Part shown: positions 1 to 8,800 of the stretch, piece by piece | Layout: every line of letters begins with the position of its first letter | How positions within the stretch are numbered: the stretch's first letter is position 1 | Assembly: GCA_051859245.1 (NCBI GenBank) | Contig: JBHYGA010000006.1 | Location: 128,001 to 192,000 of the forward strand | Reading direction: 5' to 3' | Length of the DNA: 64,000 bases | From: Gemmatimonadaceae bacterium | GTDB lineage: Bacteria > Gemmatimonadota > Gemmatimonadetes > Gemmatimonadales > Gemmatimonadaceae | Notes under the pieces: model-generated | What the model saw: only the letters and a program-made list of their open reading frames with translations | What the model was told of the DNA's origin: nothing | Database searches by the model: none | Program-made: the position numbers and the translations under genes

Positions 1-732
1 GTTGAAACGGCCGGACGCGCGCGTGAACTGCAGGCGGGACGCGATGCGATCATTGTGGTGGACGGTACCGAGTACGTGCGAAACACGAACTCGATTACGG
101 ACGCGATTCCCAATGTTACGCTTTCGCTGTCAGCTGCCGAAGCTGGTACTACAGTGGATCTCGACATCTCGCGCAATGTTGATGGCGCGTCCGATGCTGC
201 GAAGAAGCTGGTGGAGTCGTACAACGCGGTGCGCACGTTTTTTGACGCGCAGCGCGAACTGGATGCACCGCTCTACAGCAACTCGCTGTTGCGTGGTGTG
301 GTGGAAAGCTTTACGGCATCGCTGCGCGTAGACGTGACCGAGAATGCGACGTATGCGCGGCCGACGCTGGTTGGCATGACGCTCGATCGCAACGGTCGCC
401 TCACGTACGACGCCGCAAAGTTCAAGGAAGCGCTGAACGCAGCGCCAAAAGAAATCGAGTCGCTGTTCGGCTTTACCGGTGTGGGTGGTGCGTTTGTCAC
501 CGCCACCGACAAGGCCACCAGCTTTAGTGAAGGCACCATCAGCACCCAGCTGCGCAGTCTGGCGGAAACCTCGACGCGTCTCACCACGCGCGAAGCGGAA
601 GCCAAACGTCGACTCGAGCTGCGACGCACGGCGCTGGTGGCGCAGTTCACACAGATGGAAAGCGCGCTTGCCAAACTGAACTCGCAGGGAACAGCACTGC
701 GTGGTTTGATGGGCGCGTCGCAGTCACGCTGA
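1..732 (+). CDS. fliD: Flagellar filament cap protein FliD, C-terminal part (5' end outside the window)
   Basis: Frame 1 is open from base 1. FliD_C-like text (DAIIVVDG...RNTNSITDAIPNVTLSL; C-terminal LVAQFTQMESALAKLNSQ). Lies directly upstream of fliS. Confidence 0.92.
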   Translation, partial: VETAGRARELQAGRDAIIVVDGTEYVRNTNSITDAIPNVTLSLSAAEAGTTVDLDISRNVDGASDAAKKLVESYNAVRTFFDAQRELDAPLYSNSLLRGVVESFTASLRVDVTENATYARPTLVGMTLDRNGRLTYDAAKFKEALNAAPKEIESLFGFTGVGGAFVTATDKATSFSEGTISTQLRSLAETSTRLTTREAEAKRRLELRRTALVAQFTQMESALAKLNSQGTALRGLMGASQSR

Positions 733-791
733 GATCGCAAGGCCCGCTGATTTTTCAGATCGTCTCTCACTCAGACCCACCTCAGGAAGAC

Positions 792-1187
792 ATGTCGTAC
801 GCGAGTCAGGCTGCCAACTATCGTGAACTGGAAATTCTGAGCGCTTCGCCGGAGCGTCTGGTCGTGATCATGTTCGACGCGCTGGTGGTGCAGTTGGAGC
901 GCGCGCGCATTGGCACGGAGCGCAATGATCTGGAGATGCAGGTGGTCGGACTCACCAAGGCTCGCGCCATCATTGGTGAACTGCTGGCCACGCTCGATTT
1001 TGAGAAGGGTGCGGATGTCGCAACACAGCTGGCGGATCTCTATCAGTACATGCTGGCTGAGCTGGTCGACGTAGGACAGCGCAAGGATGTCGTGATGTTG
1101 CGCCGATTGGCGGGCATCGCGTCAACACTGCGCGACGGCTTCGTGGGGGCGTGCGAACAGTTGCAGGCCGTCAAAATGTCAGCGTGA
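792..1187 (+). CDS. fliS: Flagellar export chaperone FliS
   Basis: N-terminal Y...ILSASPERLVVIMFD and LLATLDFEKG..VATQLADLYQYM are typical FliS; RBS AGGA upstream. Confidence 0.95.
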   Translation: MSYASQAANYRELEILSASPERLVVIMFDALVVQLERARIGTERNDLEMQVVGLTKARAIIGELLATLDFEKGADVATQLADLYQYMLAELVDVGQRKDVVMLRRLAGIASTLRDGFVGACEQLQAVKMSA

Positions 1188-1216
1188 GTACGATGGATAC
1201 CAGGAGGGTGATCGCT

Positions 1217-1585
1217 ATGGCAGAATCGTTCGAAGCACTCGGGAACGACGTGTTGACCGCATTGTCCAGAGATGCAGAGACGGATGTAGATGCGTCGCGC
1301 GAGGCCGCGCACGTGGAGTTGTTGCTCGCCGAACGCGATGCCCTGCTTGCCCAGTTGACGGCGGCACTGGCCGAATCAGGCGCTGCGGTGCCGGCCGACG
1401 CATTCCAGCCGGTCGCGGCCGCGTTGTCCAATGCATCCACCAGCACGGCCACCTTGATCGCCAAGGTCGCGGATCGGACCGACGCACTGCGGACCGCGCT
1501 CCGCGAGATGAGTCGGAGCGCACAGGTCGTGGACGCGTATCAGAGCTCGAGCGCGCACGTGGGGCGGATCAATGCGCGACGCTGA
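1217..1585 (+). CDS. Hypothetical helical protein in the FliT/FlgN position
   Basis: AGGAGG RBS at 1202-1207 before ATG 1217; Ala/Leu-rich helical 122 aa; follows fliS. Function inferred from position only. Confidence 0.6.
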   Translation: MAESFEALGNDVLTALSRDAETDVDASREAAHVELLLAERDALLAQLTAALAESGAAVPADAFQPVAAALSNASTSTATLIAKVADRTDALRTALREMSRSAQVVDAYQSSSAHVGRINARR

Positions 1586-1880
1586 TCACACGCGCGCGTT
1601 GGCCGCCGCCGCCATCACGTCGATCGCGCCGCGTCCGGAGGGCGAGCCCCATCTCACGTTTGAGACGCTGCTCACCGACACGCTGCACGAGATGGCGGCT
1701 GATGAAGCGGGCGTTGAGGCCGAGCCAGACGCCGTCACCCTGCTAAGCGACGAGGCGGTGGCCACGATGCGCGCCGAAGGCACCGCGCCGCTGGCCCGTC
1801 CGTTCCATCACTCGTATCTCACGCCAATCGGCACGCCCACGTTCCCGTCTCGCCCCTCACGCCTCGACGTTCGATCCTGA
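1572..1880 (+). CDS. Hypothetical protein (flagellar operon)
   Basis: 102-aa ORF overlapping the previous stop and filling the gap to the flgM promoter; no recognisable family. Confidence 0.5.
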   Translation: MRDADHTRALAAAAITSIAPRPEGEPHLTFETLLTDTLHEMAADEAGVEAEPDAVTLLSDEAVATMRAEGTAPLARPFHHSYLTPIGTPTFPSRPSRLDVRS

Positions 1881-1919
1881 CGAACGAGTCGCGCTGCAAG
1901 CAGCGGTCACAATGACCGC

Positions 1920-1947
1920 TAAAGTTACAGCGCGATTGTGCCGATAG
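1920..1947 (+). promoter_or_regulatory. Sigma28 (FliA) promoter of flgM
   Basis: TAAA(GTT)-N16-GCCGATAG versus consensus TAAA-N15-GCCGATAA; 24 bp before the flgM ATG. Confidence 0.85.
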
Positions 1948-1971
1948 TCAGAGAACGGAGGAAACCCCACT

Positions 1972-2271
1972 ATGAAAATCTTCGGAAGTTACGACCAGAT
2001 TCGTCCCGACCGCCCGGCCAGTCCGGTGGCGCCGACGAACAATCAGGGCCAGGCCGCAGCGACCCCCGTTGCTCCCGTGCCCAAAACCGATTCGGTGCAG
2101 TTGTCCGAATCGGGCAAGTCGATGGCCCGCAAGCTCGATGTCGAGCACCGCGAAACGCTTGACCCCGAGCGTACCGCTGAGCTTCGCCAGAAAGTGCTTG
2201 AAGGCGCGTACAACACTCTTGACGTGGTAGATCAGGTTGCCCGGCGCATTCTGCAGCGCGGCGATCTCTGA
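1972..2271 (+). CDS. flgM: Anti-sigma28 factor FlgM
   Basis: MKI start, DSVQLSE motif, ERTAELRQKVLEGAY...VARRIL; GGAGG RBS; sigma28 promoter. Confidence 0.9.
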   Translation: MKIFGSYDQIRPDRPASPVAPTNNQGQAAATPVAPVPKTDSVQLSESGKSMARKLDVEHRETLDPERTAELRQKVLEGAYNTLDVVDQVARRILQRGDL

Positions 2272-2318
2272 TTCACTGGCGTTATCACTGAACGATCCCT
2301 TTCCGGAGACCCCGCGTC

Positions 2319-2690
2319 ATGAAGTTCCTCGTAGTCGATGACTCCGCGACCATGCGGCGAATCGTCGTCAACTCGCTCCAGCGCATCGGCTTTACCGACA
2401 CGGTGGAAGCCGGCGACGGACAGGAAGCCCTGGCGCGCTTTGATTCCTCGGTGCAGTTCGTGATCACCGACTGGAACATGCCGAACATGAGTGGCACCGA
2501 TTTCACGCGCGCGCTGCGCGCCCGTCCCGACGGGGCGAATGTGCCGGTGCTGATGGTGACCGCACGTAGCGTGAAAGAAGACATTCTCACGGCCATGGAA
2601 GCCGGTGTAAACAACTACATCGTCAAGCCGTTCACGCCGCAGGTGCTCAAGGAGAAGATCGACGCACTTCTCCCGGCTGCTGCGGCCTGA
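2319..2690 (+). CDS. cheY: Chemotaxis response regulator CheY
   Basis: Single REC domain: VVDDS, ITDWNMP, MVT, YIVKPF. Confidence 0.92.
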   Translation: MKFLVVDDSATMRRIVVNSLQRIGFTDTVEAGDGQEALARFDSSVQFVITDWNMPNMSGTDFTRALRARPDGANVPVLMVTARSVKEDILTAMEAGVNNYIVKPFTPQVLKEKIDALLPAAAA

Positions 2691-2707
2691 GGCGAGGCCA
2701 CTGAGTC

Positions 2708-3406
2708 ATGAACACGCAACGAACTGAGGAAGTGCTGTACGAGACGGAGGCGGCGCTGCGACTGGTCGACCACGGATTGCTCGGCCTTCGTAACGACGCC
2801 CCGGACATTGAACCGGCTCCGCAATTCTCTGTGCAGCAGGGAGGCTTGTCCGAATTGCCCGCAATCCTTGAACGCGCGAATGCGCAGATCCTCGGCGTGC
2901 TGTCGCGTTTGCGTCAGACGCGCGCGGCCATTGAATCGACGGCCCTCGAGAAGCTTGCGTCAACGCACGAAAAGATCAAAGAAGTAACGACGGCCACGGA
3001 AGACGCCGCGATCAACATCATGGACGCGTGTGATCGCGCCACCCAGATGGTCGATGAGCTCGATACGATCGATGCCGAACCCACGCCGGATCGTGAACGC
3101 GCGACGGGCGTACGATCAAACCTTCGTGATGAACTGTTCCTCATGATGGGTGCGCTGCAGTTCCAGGACATCACCTCACAGCAGCTGGCGCATGCGTCGG
3201 CGGTGTTGGTGGAAATGGAAGCACGCTTGATTGACATTGCCCGCCTCTTCGATGGCAAGGCGGACTTCTCCGAGCAGGCGTTGCGTGTGGAACAGTCGGC
3301 TCCGGACCTGCAGACGTACGATCCGAATGCGACGACACGCGATTCTGAATCGCGTCAGGCGCTCGCGGACGACATCTTCTCCACGGTTCGCGCACCAGCC
3401 GCATAG
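2708..3406 (+). CDS. cheZ: CheZ-family phosphatase-like protein
   Basis: ATEDAAINIMD and LQFQDITSQ (CheZ D-x3-Q active-site motif); C-terminal QALADDIF resembles the CheY-binding peptide; follows cheY. Confidence 0.75.
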   Translation: MNTQRTEEVLYETEAALRLVDHGLLGLRNDAPDIEPAPQFSVQQGGLSELPAILERANAQILGVLSRLRQTRAAIESTALEKLASTHEKIKEVTTATEDAAINIMDACDRATQMVDELDTIDAEPTPDRERATGVRSNLRDELFLMMGALQFQDITSQQLAHASAVLVEMEARLIDIARLFDGKADFSEQALRVEQSAPDLQTYDPNATTRDSESRQALADDIFSTVRAPAA

Positions 3407-3442
3407 GCGTTTGCACAAAACTGACGGCGATACGCCGTCGCA

Positions 3443-3488
3443 CACACGGGGCGAACTCACAGTATGAGTTCGCCCCGTGTGCGTTTTC
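3443..3488 (+). terminator. Intrinsic terminator after cheY-cheZ
   Basis: Perfect 17-bp stem CACACGGGGCGAACTCA / TGAGTTCGCCCCGTGTG, 5-nt loop, followed by CGTTTTC. Confidence 0.8.
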
Positions 3489-3499
3489 TGCACAAGCAC

Positions 3500-3526
3500 T
3501 CAACTAACGAACACGTCGTCCGATAC
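3500..3526 (+). promoter_or_regulatory. Putative sigma28 promoter of the cheA operon
   Basis: TCAA-N15-TCCGATAC just after the terminator, 67 bp before cheA. Confidence 0.7.
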
Positions 3527-3593
3527 TCCAATGCGTTAGTGCGCGCTTCTCTGGCGTGTCACTCTGCACGTTCCTCCACGCAACGTACGCCAC

Positions 3594-5909
3594 GTGTCAC
3601 ACTTAACTCTCGACGACGCTGCCACGCTTCTGCTTCAGATTGAAGCGGGAGACATCGATGATCTGGGGCGCCTGCGCGACTCCCTGATGACGCTCGTATT
3701 TGAGAACCACGTGCCGATCAGCGCCCAGCCGCACGTCGCACGTGCCACGCGCCTGCTCGGCACGCTCGTCGATGGTTCAGCGACCGAGCCCGAAGCCGTG
3801 TTCTCCGATATCAGTCGCACGCTCGAAGCCGCAGTAGCCGCGGCCGACGCCGCCGCGATGGCCGCACCGGCTGCGCGCGCGAAGAGCAAAGCGTCGACCA
3901 AACGCTCGTCGCGCAACACGCCCACGCGATCTGTCGCAATCGAAGACATTCCGCTAGATGCGGCACCAGTTGCGGTGACCCCAGCCGCGCCGGTTGCGGT
4001 GCCAGCCGCGCCAATTGCCGCGCCAATCGTCGCGTCAATTCCGGCAACAACGGTAACCGCGATCACGTACGATCCGGCCATTGACGAGCTGCCCAGCGAT
4101 ACCGATCTCGACCTGCTCGGTGACTTCATCACGGAAAGTGTGGAGTGCCTGGTTGGCGCCGAAGCGGCGCTGCTCGCCCTTGAAGCGGACCCGTCGCACG
4201 AAGAAGCGATCAACACGGTGTTCCGCGCGTTTCACACGGTCAAAGGCACGAGCGCGTTTCTCGGGTTGCAGCGCATTGCCGCGTTTGCGCACGAAGCAGA
4301 ATCGCTCTTGAGCCGTGTGCGCGACAAGCAGATCAACTACACGCGTGCGTGCGCTGAGCTTTCGCTGGCGTCGTCGGACATGCTCAAGGCGTTGCTTGAC
4401 GTGGTCAAGGAAGCGGCCGCCGACACCGGCCGTCTGAACATCCCGAACGGATACGCCGAGCTGCTGCACGCGCTGGCCACGTACGATCCGGCGCACGAAC
4501 CGAAGGATATTGCGCGCGTGCTGCACGCGCCGCGCGCAGAAGAGAACACGTCCGCTTCAACCCCCGTGGCCATCACTCCGGCTTCGGCACAAACGGCCGC
4601 ACCGACTGCCGCACCGACTGCCGCACCGACTGCCGCCAACAATGGCGGCGCCTCGGAACAGGCGGCGCGCAAACGCGGCGATGCCACCGGCGAAGCCACA
4701 ATTCGCGTGCGCACAGATCGCCTCGACCGCTTGATCGACATGGTGGGTGAGCTCGTGATCGCGCAGACGATGATCTCGGGCGACGAAGAGCTGGATCGCA
4801 CGCGGCAGCACGAACTGGTTCGCAAGGTCACGCATGCAGGCAAGATTGTACGTGAGTTGCAGGATCTGTCCATGTCAATGCGCATGATCGAACTGCGTCC
4901 AACCTTCCAGAAGCTGGCGCGTGTTGTGCGCGACACGGCCGTGAAGGCCGGAAAAGAAGTCGCCTTTACCGTGACGGGCGACGACGTTGAAATCGATCGT
5001 CAGCTCGCCGACTTGCTGGGTGATCCGCTTGTGCACATGGTGCGAAACGCCGTGGATCATGGCGTGGAAGGGCCGCAGGAACGCATTGCCGCAGGAAAGG
5101 CACGTACGGGCTCGGTGAAACTGCAGGCGTATCATGCGTCGGGCAATGTCGTTGTCGAACTCGTGGATGACGGTCGCGGACTGCATCGCGAAAAGATTGT
5201 GGCCAAGGCCATCGAGAAAGGGTTGATTGAAACCGACAAGGGCATGAGTGACAGCGAGGTGTTCAATCTCATTTTCGCGCCCGGTTTCTCGACCGCCGAA
5301 AAAGTCACCGACATTTCAGGCCGCGGTGTGGGCATGGATGTGGTGCGACGCAATCTCGAGCTCATCCGCGGTCGCATTGATATCAGTTCTGCGCCAGGTA
5401 AAGGCACCACGTTCGCGATTCGGTTGCCGCTCACGCTCGCCGTAACCGACGGCATGCTGATCCGTGTTGGCGAAGAACGGTTTGTTGTGCCAACCACGAA
5501 CATTCACATGAGCTTCCGTCCGGAACCGTCCATGCTGTCCACGATTGTTGGACGTGGTGAGGTGGTGTTGCTGCGCGGTGAGCTCATGCCGATTGCGCGC
5601 TTGCATGATCTGTTCGACGTGCCGAACGCTGTGCAGAGTCCGCTTGAAGGCCTGCTGATGATCGTTGGCGACGCGGAGAAGCGTACTGCGCTGCTCGTTG
5701 ACGAGTTGCTCGGACAACAGCAGGTCGTTGCCAAAACACTCGGTGAGCAGCTCGGCAAGGTGCCGGGCGTCAGCGGTGGCGCGATCCTCGGTGATGGGCG
5801 TGTCGGACTGATTCTCGACATCTCGGAGACCGTCGCACTCGCGCAGGGTCACGGCACGTCACCTGGTCGACACGCTATGGATCGCGCCCGAACAGCAGTG
5901 GCCGCGTGA
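3594..5909 (+). CDS. cheA: Chemotaxis histidine kinase CheA
   Basis: Hpt FRAFHTVKG; dimerisation IRVRTDRLDRLIDMVGELVI; HATPase HMVRNAVDHG, DDGRG, FAPGFST, GRGVGMDVV; C-terminal CheW domain. Confidence 0.97.
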   Translation: MSHLTLDDAATLLLQIEAGDIDDLGRLRDSLMTLVFENHVPISAQPHVARATRLLGTLVDGSATEPEAVFSDISRTLEAAVAAADAAAMAAPAARAKSKASTKRSSRNTPTRSVAIEDIPLDAAPVAVTPAAPVAVPAAPIAAPIVASIPATTVTAITYDPAIDELPSDTDLDLLGDFITESVECLVGAEAALLALEADPSHEEAINTVFRAFHTVKGTSAFLGLQRIAAFAHEAESLLSRVRDKQINYTRACAELSLASSDMLKALLDVVKEAAADTGRLNIPNGYAELLHALATYDPAHEPKDIARVLHAPRAEENTSASTPVAITPASAQTAAPTAAPTAAPTAANNGGASEQAARKRGDATGEATIRVRTDRLDRLIDMVGELVIAQTMISGDEELDRTRQHELVRKVTHAGKIVRELQDLSMSMRMIELRPTFQKLARVVRDTAVKAGKEVAFTVTGDDVEIDRQLADLLGDPLVHMVRNAVDHGVEGPQERIAAGKARTGSVKLQAYHASGNVVVELVDDGRGLHREKIVAKAIEKGLIETDKGMSDSEVFNLIFAPGFSTAEKVTDISGRGVGMDVVRRNLELIRGRIDISSAPGKGTTFAIRLPLTLAVTDGMLIRVGEERFVVPTTNIHMSFRPEPSMLSTIVGRGEVVLLRGELMPIARLHDLFDVPNAVQSPLEGLLMIVGDAEKRTALLVDELLGQQQVVAKTLGEQLGKVPGVSGGAILGDGRVGLILDISETVALAQGHGTSPGRHAMDRARTAVAA
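4596..4631 (+). repeat. 12-bp tandem repeat x3 in the cheA linker
   Basis: GCCGCACCGACT three times, encoding AAPT x3. Confidence 0.9.
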
Positions 5910-5941
5910 GTCACGCCAGGGGCACGCCGCGGCTGCCCCAC

Positions 5942-5969
5942 TCAACTCCAGCAGTGAACGCGCCGAGAT
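5942..5969 (+). promoter_or_regulatory. Putative internal sigma28 promoter before cheW
   Basis: TCAA-N16-GCCGAGAT in the 115-bp cheA-cheW gap. Confidence 0.5.
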
Positions 5970-6024
5970 TCGAGACGCAGCGGCCGCGATCATTCTCATT
6001 ACCACGCACAGCAGAGAGCAACAC

Positions 6025-6525
6025 ATGAGCAGCACCAGCACCCCAGAGGCTCGCACCGACAGCCGCGCCGGAAAGTATCTCACGTTCTTCCTCAGCAATG
6101 AGGAGTATGGGCTGGAGATCCTGAAGGTGAGCGAAATCATTGGCATGCAGCCAATCACGCGTGTTCCGCGTGTGCCGGAGTTCGTGCGTGGCGTGATCAA
6201 TCTGCGCGGCAAAGTGATTCCAATTACGGATTTGCGTACAAAGTTTGATATGCAGGTGGAGGAAGGCCGCGACTCGTGCATCATCGTGGTGCAGATGAAA
6301 GGCATGCAGACGGGCGTTATTGTGGATCGCGTGAGCGAAGTCGTCGCGATCGCTGACAATGAAGTGGAAGATGCGCCGAGCTTTGGCGCTGGTATCCGCA
6401 CCGAGTTCTTGCTCGGCATTGGCAAGACCGGAGGTCGCGTTCGTTTGCTCGTTGATATCGACAAGGTGCTGGAGTCCGCGGAACTGGCCGCGATCGAAGC
6501 AATCAGCTCGAACAGCGCACTCTAA
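6025..6525 (+). CDS. cheW: Chemotaxis coupling protein CheW
   Basis: KYLTFFL..EEYGLEILKVSEII, ITRVP, GVINLRGKVIPI, GVIVDRVSEV. Confidence 0.97.
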   Translation: MSSTSTPEARTDSRAGKYLTFFLSNEEYGLEILKVSEIIGMQPITRVPRVPEFVRGVINLRGKVIPITDLRTKFDMQVEEGRDSCIIVVQMKGMQTGVIVDRVSEVVAIADNEVEDAPSFGAGIRTEFLLGIGKTGGRVRLLVDIDKVLESAELAAIEAISSNSAL

Positions 6526-6554
6526 GCCGTTCTTCACGCCTTGCCGAGCCGGGA

Positions 6555-7391
6555 ATGACCACCACGCTGTCGGCGTCGATCGGGTTGGGAGAAGCCACGC
6601 TTTCTCCGGCTCACTTCGCACGCATAATTGAGATGCTGCACGCGCATTGCGGAATCCGCATGCGCACCGGTAAAGAAGGACTCGTGCGTGCTCGGCTGGC
6701 CAAGCGACTGCGGCTGCTCGGGCTGTCAGACTATGACAGCTATCTCGATCTTGTGGAAGGAGATCCCGCACGAATCGAGTTTACCGAGATGGTCGACGCG
6801 CTGACCACGAACAAAACGAGCTTCTTTCGCGAGGAAGCGCATTTCGACTTCCTGCAAGACACCGTGTTCCCGGCGTGTACGGGACCGATTCGTTTGTGGA
6901 GTGCGGGTTGTTCCAGCGGTGAAGAGCCATACACGCTCGCCATGCTGCTGAACGAATCGCTGCCGGAGACAGCGGCGCGCAATGCGAAGATTCTCGCCAC
7001 GGATATCAGTCATCGCGTGCTCGCCACTGCGAAAGCTGGTGTGTACGCTGCGGATGCCTTGTCGGAAGCGCCGCGCGCGATGGTGCAGAAGTACTGGACG
7101 CCTGTCGCGAGCTCGGGCGGCGCACGTCTTGAAGCGGCGCCGTCGCTGAAGCGGTTGATTCAGTTTGGCCGTCTCAACCTGATGGCGCCGTGGCCCATGC
7201 GTGGTCCATTCGACGCGATCCTGTGTCGCAACGTGATGATCTACTTTGACAAGGCCACACAGCAGGAACTGGTAGCGCGCTACTACGCGCTGCTGCGTCC
7301 GGGTGGCTATCTGTTTGTGGGACACTCGGAAAGCCTGACCGGACTGGACCATCGTTTCCGCTACGTTCAGCCGGCTGTCTATGTCCGCTAG
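6555..7391 (+). CDS. cheR: Chemoreceptor methyltransferase CheR
   Basis: LTTNKTSFFRE, WSAGCSSGEEPYT, ILATDIS, CRNVMIYFD, GHSESL. Confidence 0.97.
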   Translation: MTTTLSASIGLGEATLSPAHFARIIEMLHAHCGIRMRTGKEGLVRARLAKRLRLLGLSDYDSYLDLVEGDPARIEFTEMVDALTTNKTSFFREEAHFDFLQDTVFPACTGPIRLWSAGCSSGEEPYTLAMLLNESLPETAARNAKILATDISHRVLATAKAGVYAADALSEAPRAMVQKYWTPVASSGGARLEAAPSLKRLIQFGRLNLMAPWPMRGPFDAILCRNVMIYFDKATQQELVARYYALLRPGGYLFVGHSESLTGLDHRFRYVQPAVYVR

Positions 7392-7917
7392 TCACGCGCT
7401 GGAAACGGTACCGGCAACGCGCTCCCGCGCGGCCCAGGTGATTGTCGGCGTGGCGGATGTCAAAGTGTCGAACGACCCTACGGCGCGACTCATCACGTAC
7501 GCGCTCGGAAGTTGTCTCGGCATTGCTGTGCATGATCCGGTGGCTGGCGTGGGCGGTTTGCTGCACGTGATGCTGCCCACGGGCACGATTGATCCGGCCA
7601 AGATGCAGGCCAAGCCGGCCATGTTTGTGGATTCCGGCATTCCGTTGCTGTTCAAGGAGTGCTATCGACTGGGCGCGAAGAAGGAGCGCATGGTCGTGAA
7701 GGTCGCAGGCGGCGCGCATGCTGGCGCGTCGGAAGAAGGCGATCGCTTTCAGATCGGCAAGCGCAACATGATCGCGTTGCGAAAGCTGTTGTGGAAAAAC
7801 GGCGTGCTGGTGCACGCGCAGGAAACCGGGGGCGTGCAGACGTCCCGCACCATGTGGCTTGACGTCGGATCGGGAGCGGTGACGCTCAAGGTCAACGGCG
7901 GCGAGTCCCCGCTCTGA
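7381..7917 (+). CDS. cheD: Chemoreceptor glutamine deamidase CheD
   Basis: ALGSCLG (catalytic Cys), LLHVMLP (His), KVAGGA, IGKRN, ETGG..SRT. Confidence 0.95.
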   Translation: MSASHALETVPATRSRAAQVIVGVADVKVSNDPTARLITYALGSCLGIAVHDPVAGVGGLLHVMLPTGTIDPAKMQAKPAMFVDSGIPLLFKECYRLGAKKERMVVKVAGGAHAGASEEGDRFQIGKRNMIALRKLLWKNGVLVHAQETGGVQTSRTMWLDVGSGAVTLKVNGGESPL

Positions 7918-7929
7918 CCCCCTACGTTC

Positions 7930-8358
7930 ATGGCATTCAATGTACTGATCGTCGACGACAGCGCTGTCATGCGCGCCATGATTGTGCGCACGCTGAAACT
8001 CAGCGGGTTGCCGATTGCGGCAATCTATGAAGCGTCTCACGGCGAAGATGGCTTGCGCACGCTCAATGAGGAATGGGTGGATCTGCTGCTGCTCGATGTC
8101 AACATGCCGGTCATGAATGGCGAAGAAATGTTGCGTCGCATTCGTGAAGAAGAGCGCACGCGCGATCTGGCCGTCATCATCGTGTCCACCGAAGGCAGCG
8201 AGACGCGACTGGCGGCACTGCAGGCCATGGGCGCGGCCATCGTTCACAAGCCGTTCCCACCGGAAGTTTTGCGCGACACCATCTTGCAAGTGACTGGAGT
8301 GACCGATGTCGAATATTACGGATCAACTGCTGCGGCAAGCGACAGCTTCGACTTTTGA
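7930..8358 (+). CDS. cheY: Second CheY-like single-domain response regulator
   Basis: IVDDS, LLDVNMPVMNG, VSTEG, HKPF. Confidence 0.85.
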   Translation: MAFNVLIVDDSAVMRAMIVRTLKLSGLPIAAIYEASHGEDGLRTLNEEWVDLLLLDVNMPVMNGEEMLRRIREEERTRDLAVIIVSTEGSETRLAALQAMGAAIVHKPFPPEVLRDTILQVTGVTDVEYYGSTAAASDSFDF

Positions 8359-8800
8359 AGAACTCGCGTTCCTCTTCCCCGAGGACGAGTGTTCAGAGTC
8401 GCAGCTGGACGCGCCGCTTGATGCCACGGTAACGGTGGACTTTCATGGACCGATGCGCGGCCGGCTGGTGCTGCGCGTATCGTCTTGTCTGTTGCCGGCG
8501 ATCGCGGCCAATATGCTGGGCGAAGAGGAATCGCAGCGCGTGCCGTTGCAGCGCGACGCGCTTGGCGAGATGACGAACGTGGTGTGCGGCAATCTGTTGC
8601 CTGCGCTTGCTGGCGCCAACGCCGTGTTCCGTCTCGACGCACCGCAGTGGCGCACCGAAGCAATCGATGCGCGCGAAGGCGATGCGCCGATTGCAACGGC
8701 GGTATTCGGGGTTGAAGAAGGACGGGTTGATGCGCAGCTGTTCGTGTTCTCCGGACGTGAATGGCTCGAGTCCGTGCGTTCGCCGCACGTGGTCGCGTGA
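8306..8800 (+). CDS. cheX: CheX-family phosphatase
   Basis: VDFHGPMRGRL, IAANMLG, DALGEMTNVVCGN (E-x2-N motif), FRLDAP. Confidence 0.85.
   Translation: MSNITDQLLRQATASTFEELAFLFPEDECSESQLDAPLDATVTVDFHGPMRGRLVLRVSSCLLPAIAANMLGEEESQRVPLQRDALGEMTNVVCGNLLPALAGANAVFRLDAPQWRTEAIDAREGDAPIATAVFGVEEGRVDAQLFVFSGREWLESVRSPHVVA

Noticed and set aside
6523..6550. TAAG-N16-GCCGAGCC before cheR as a sigma28 promoter
   Set aside because: Poor -10 match, overlaps the cheW stop, and ends 4 bp from the start codon.
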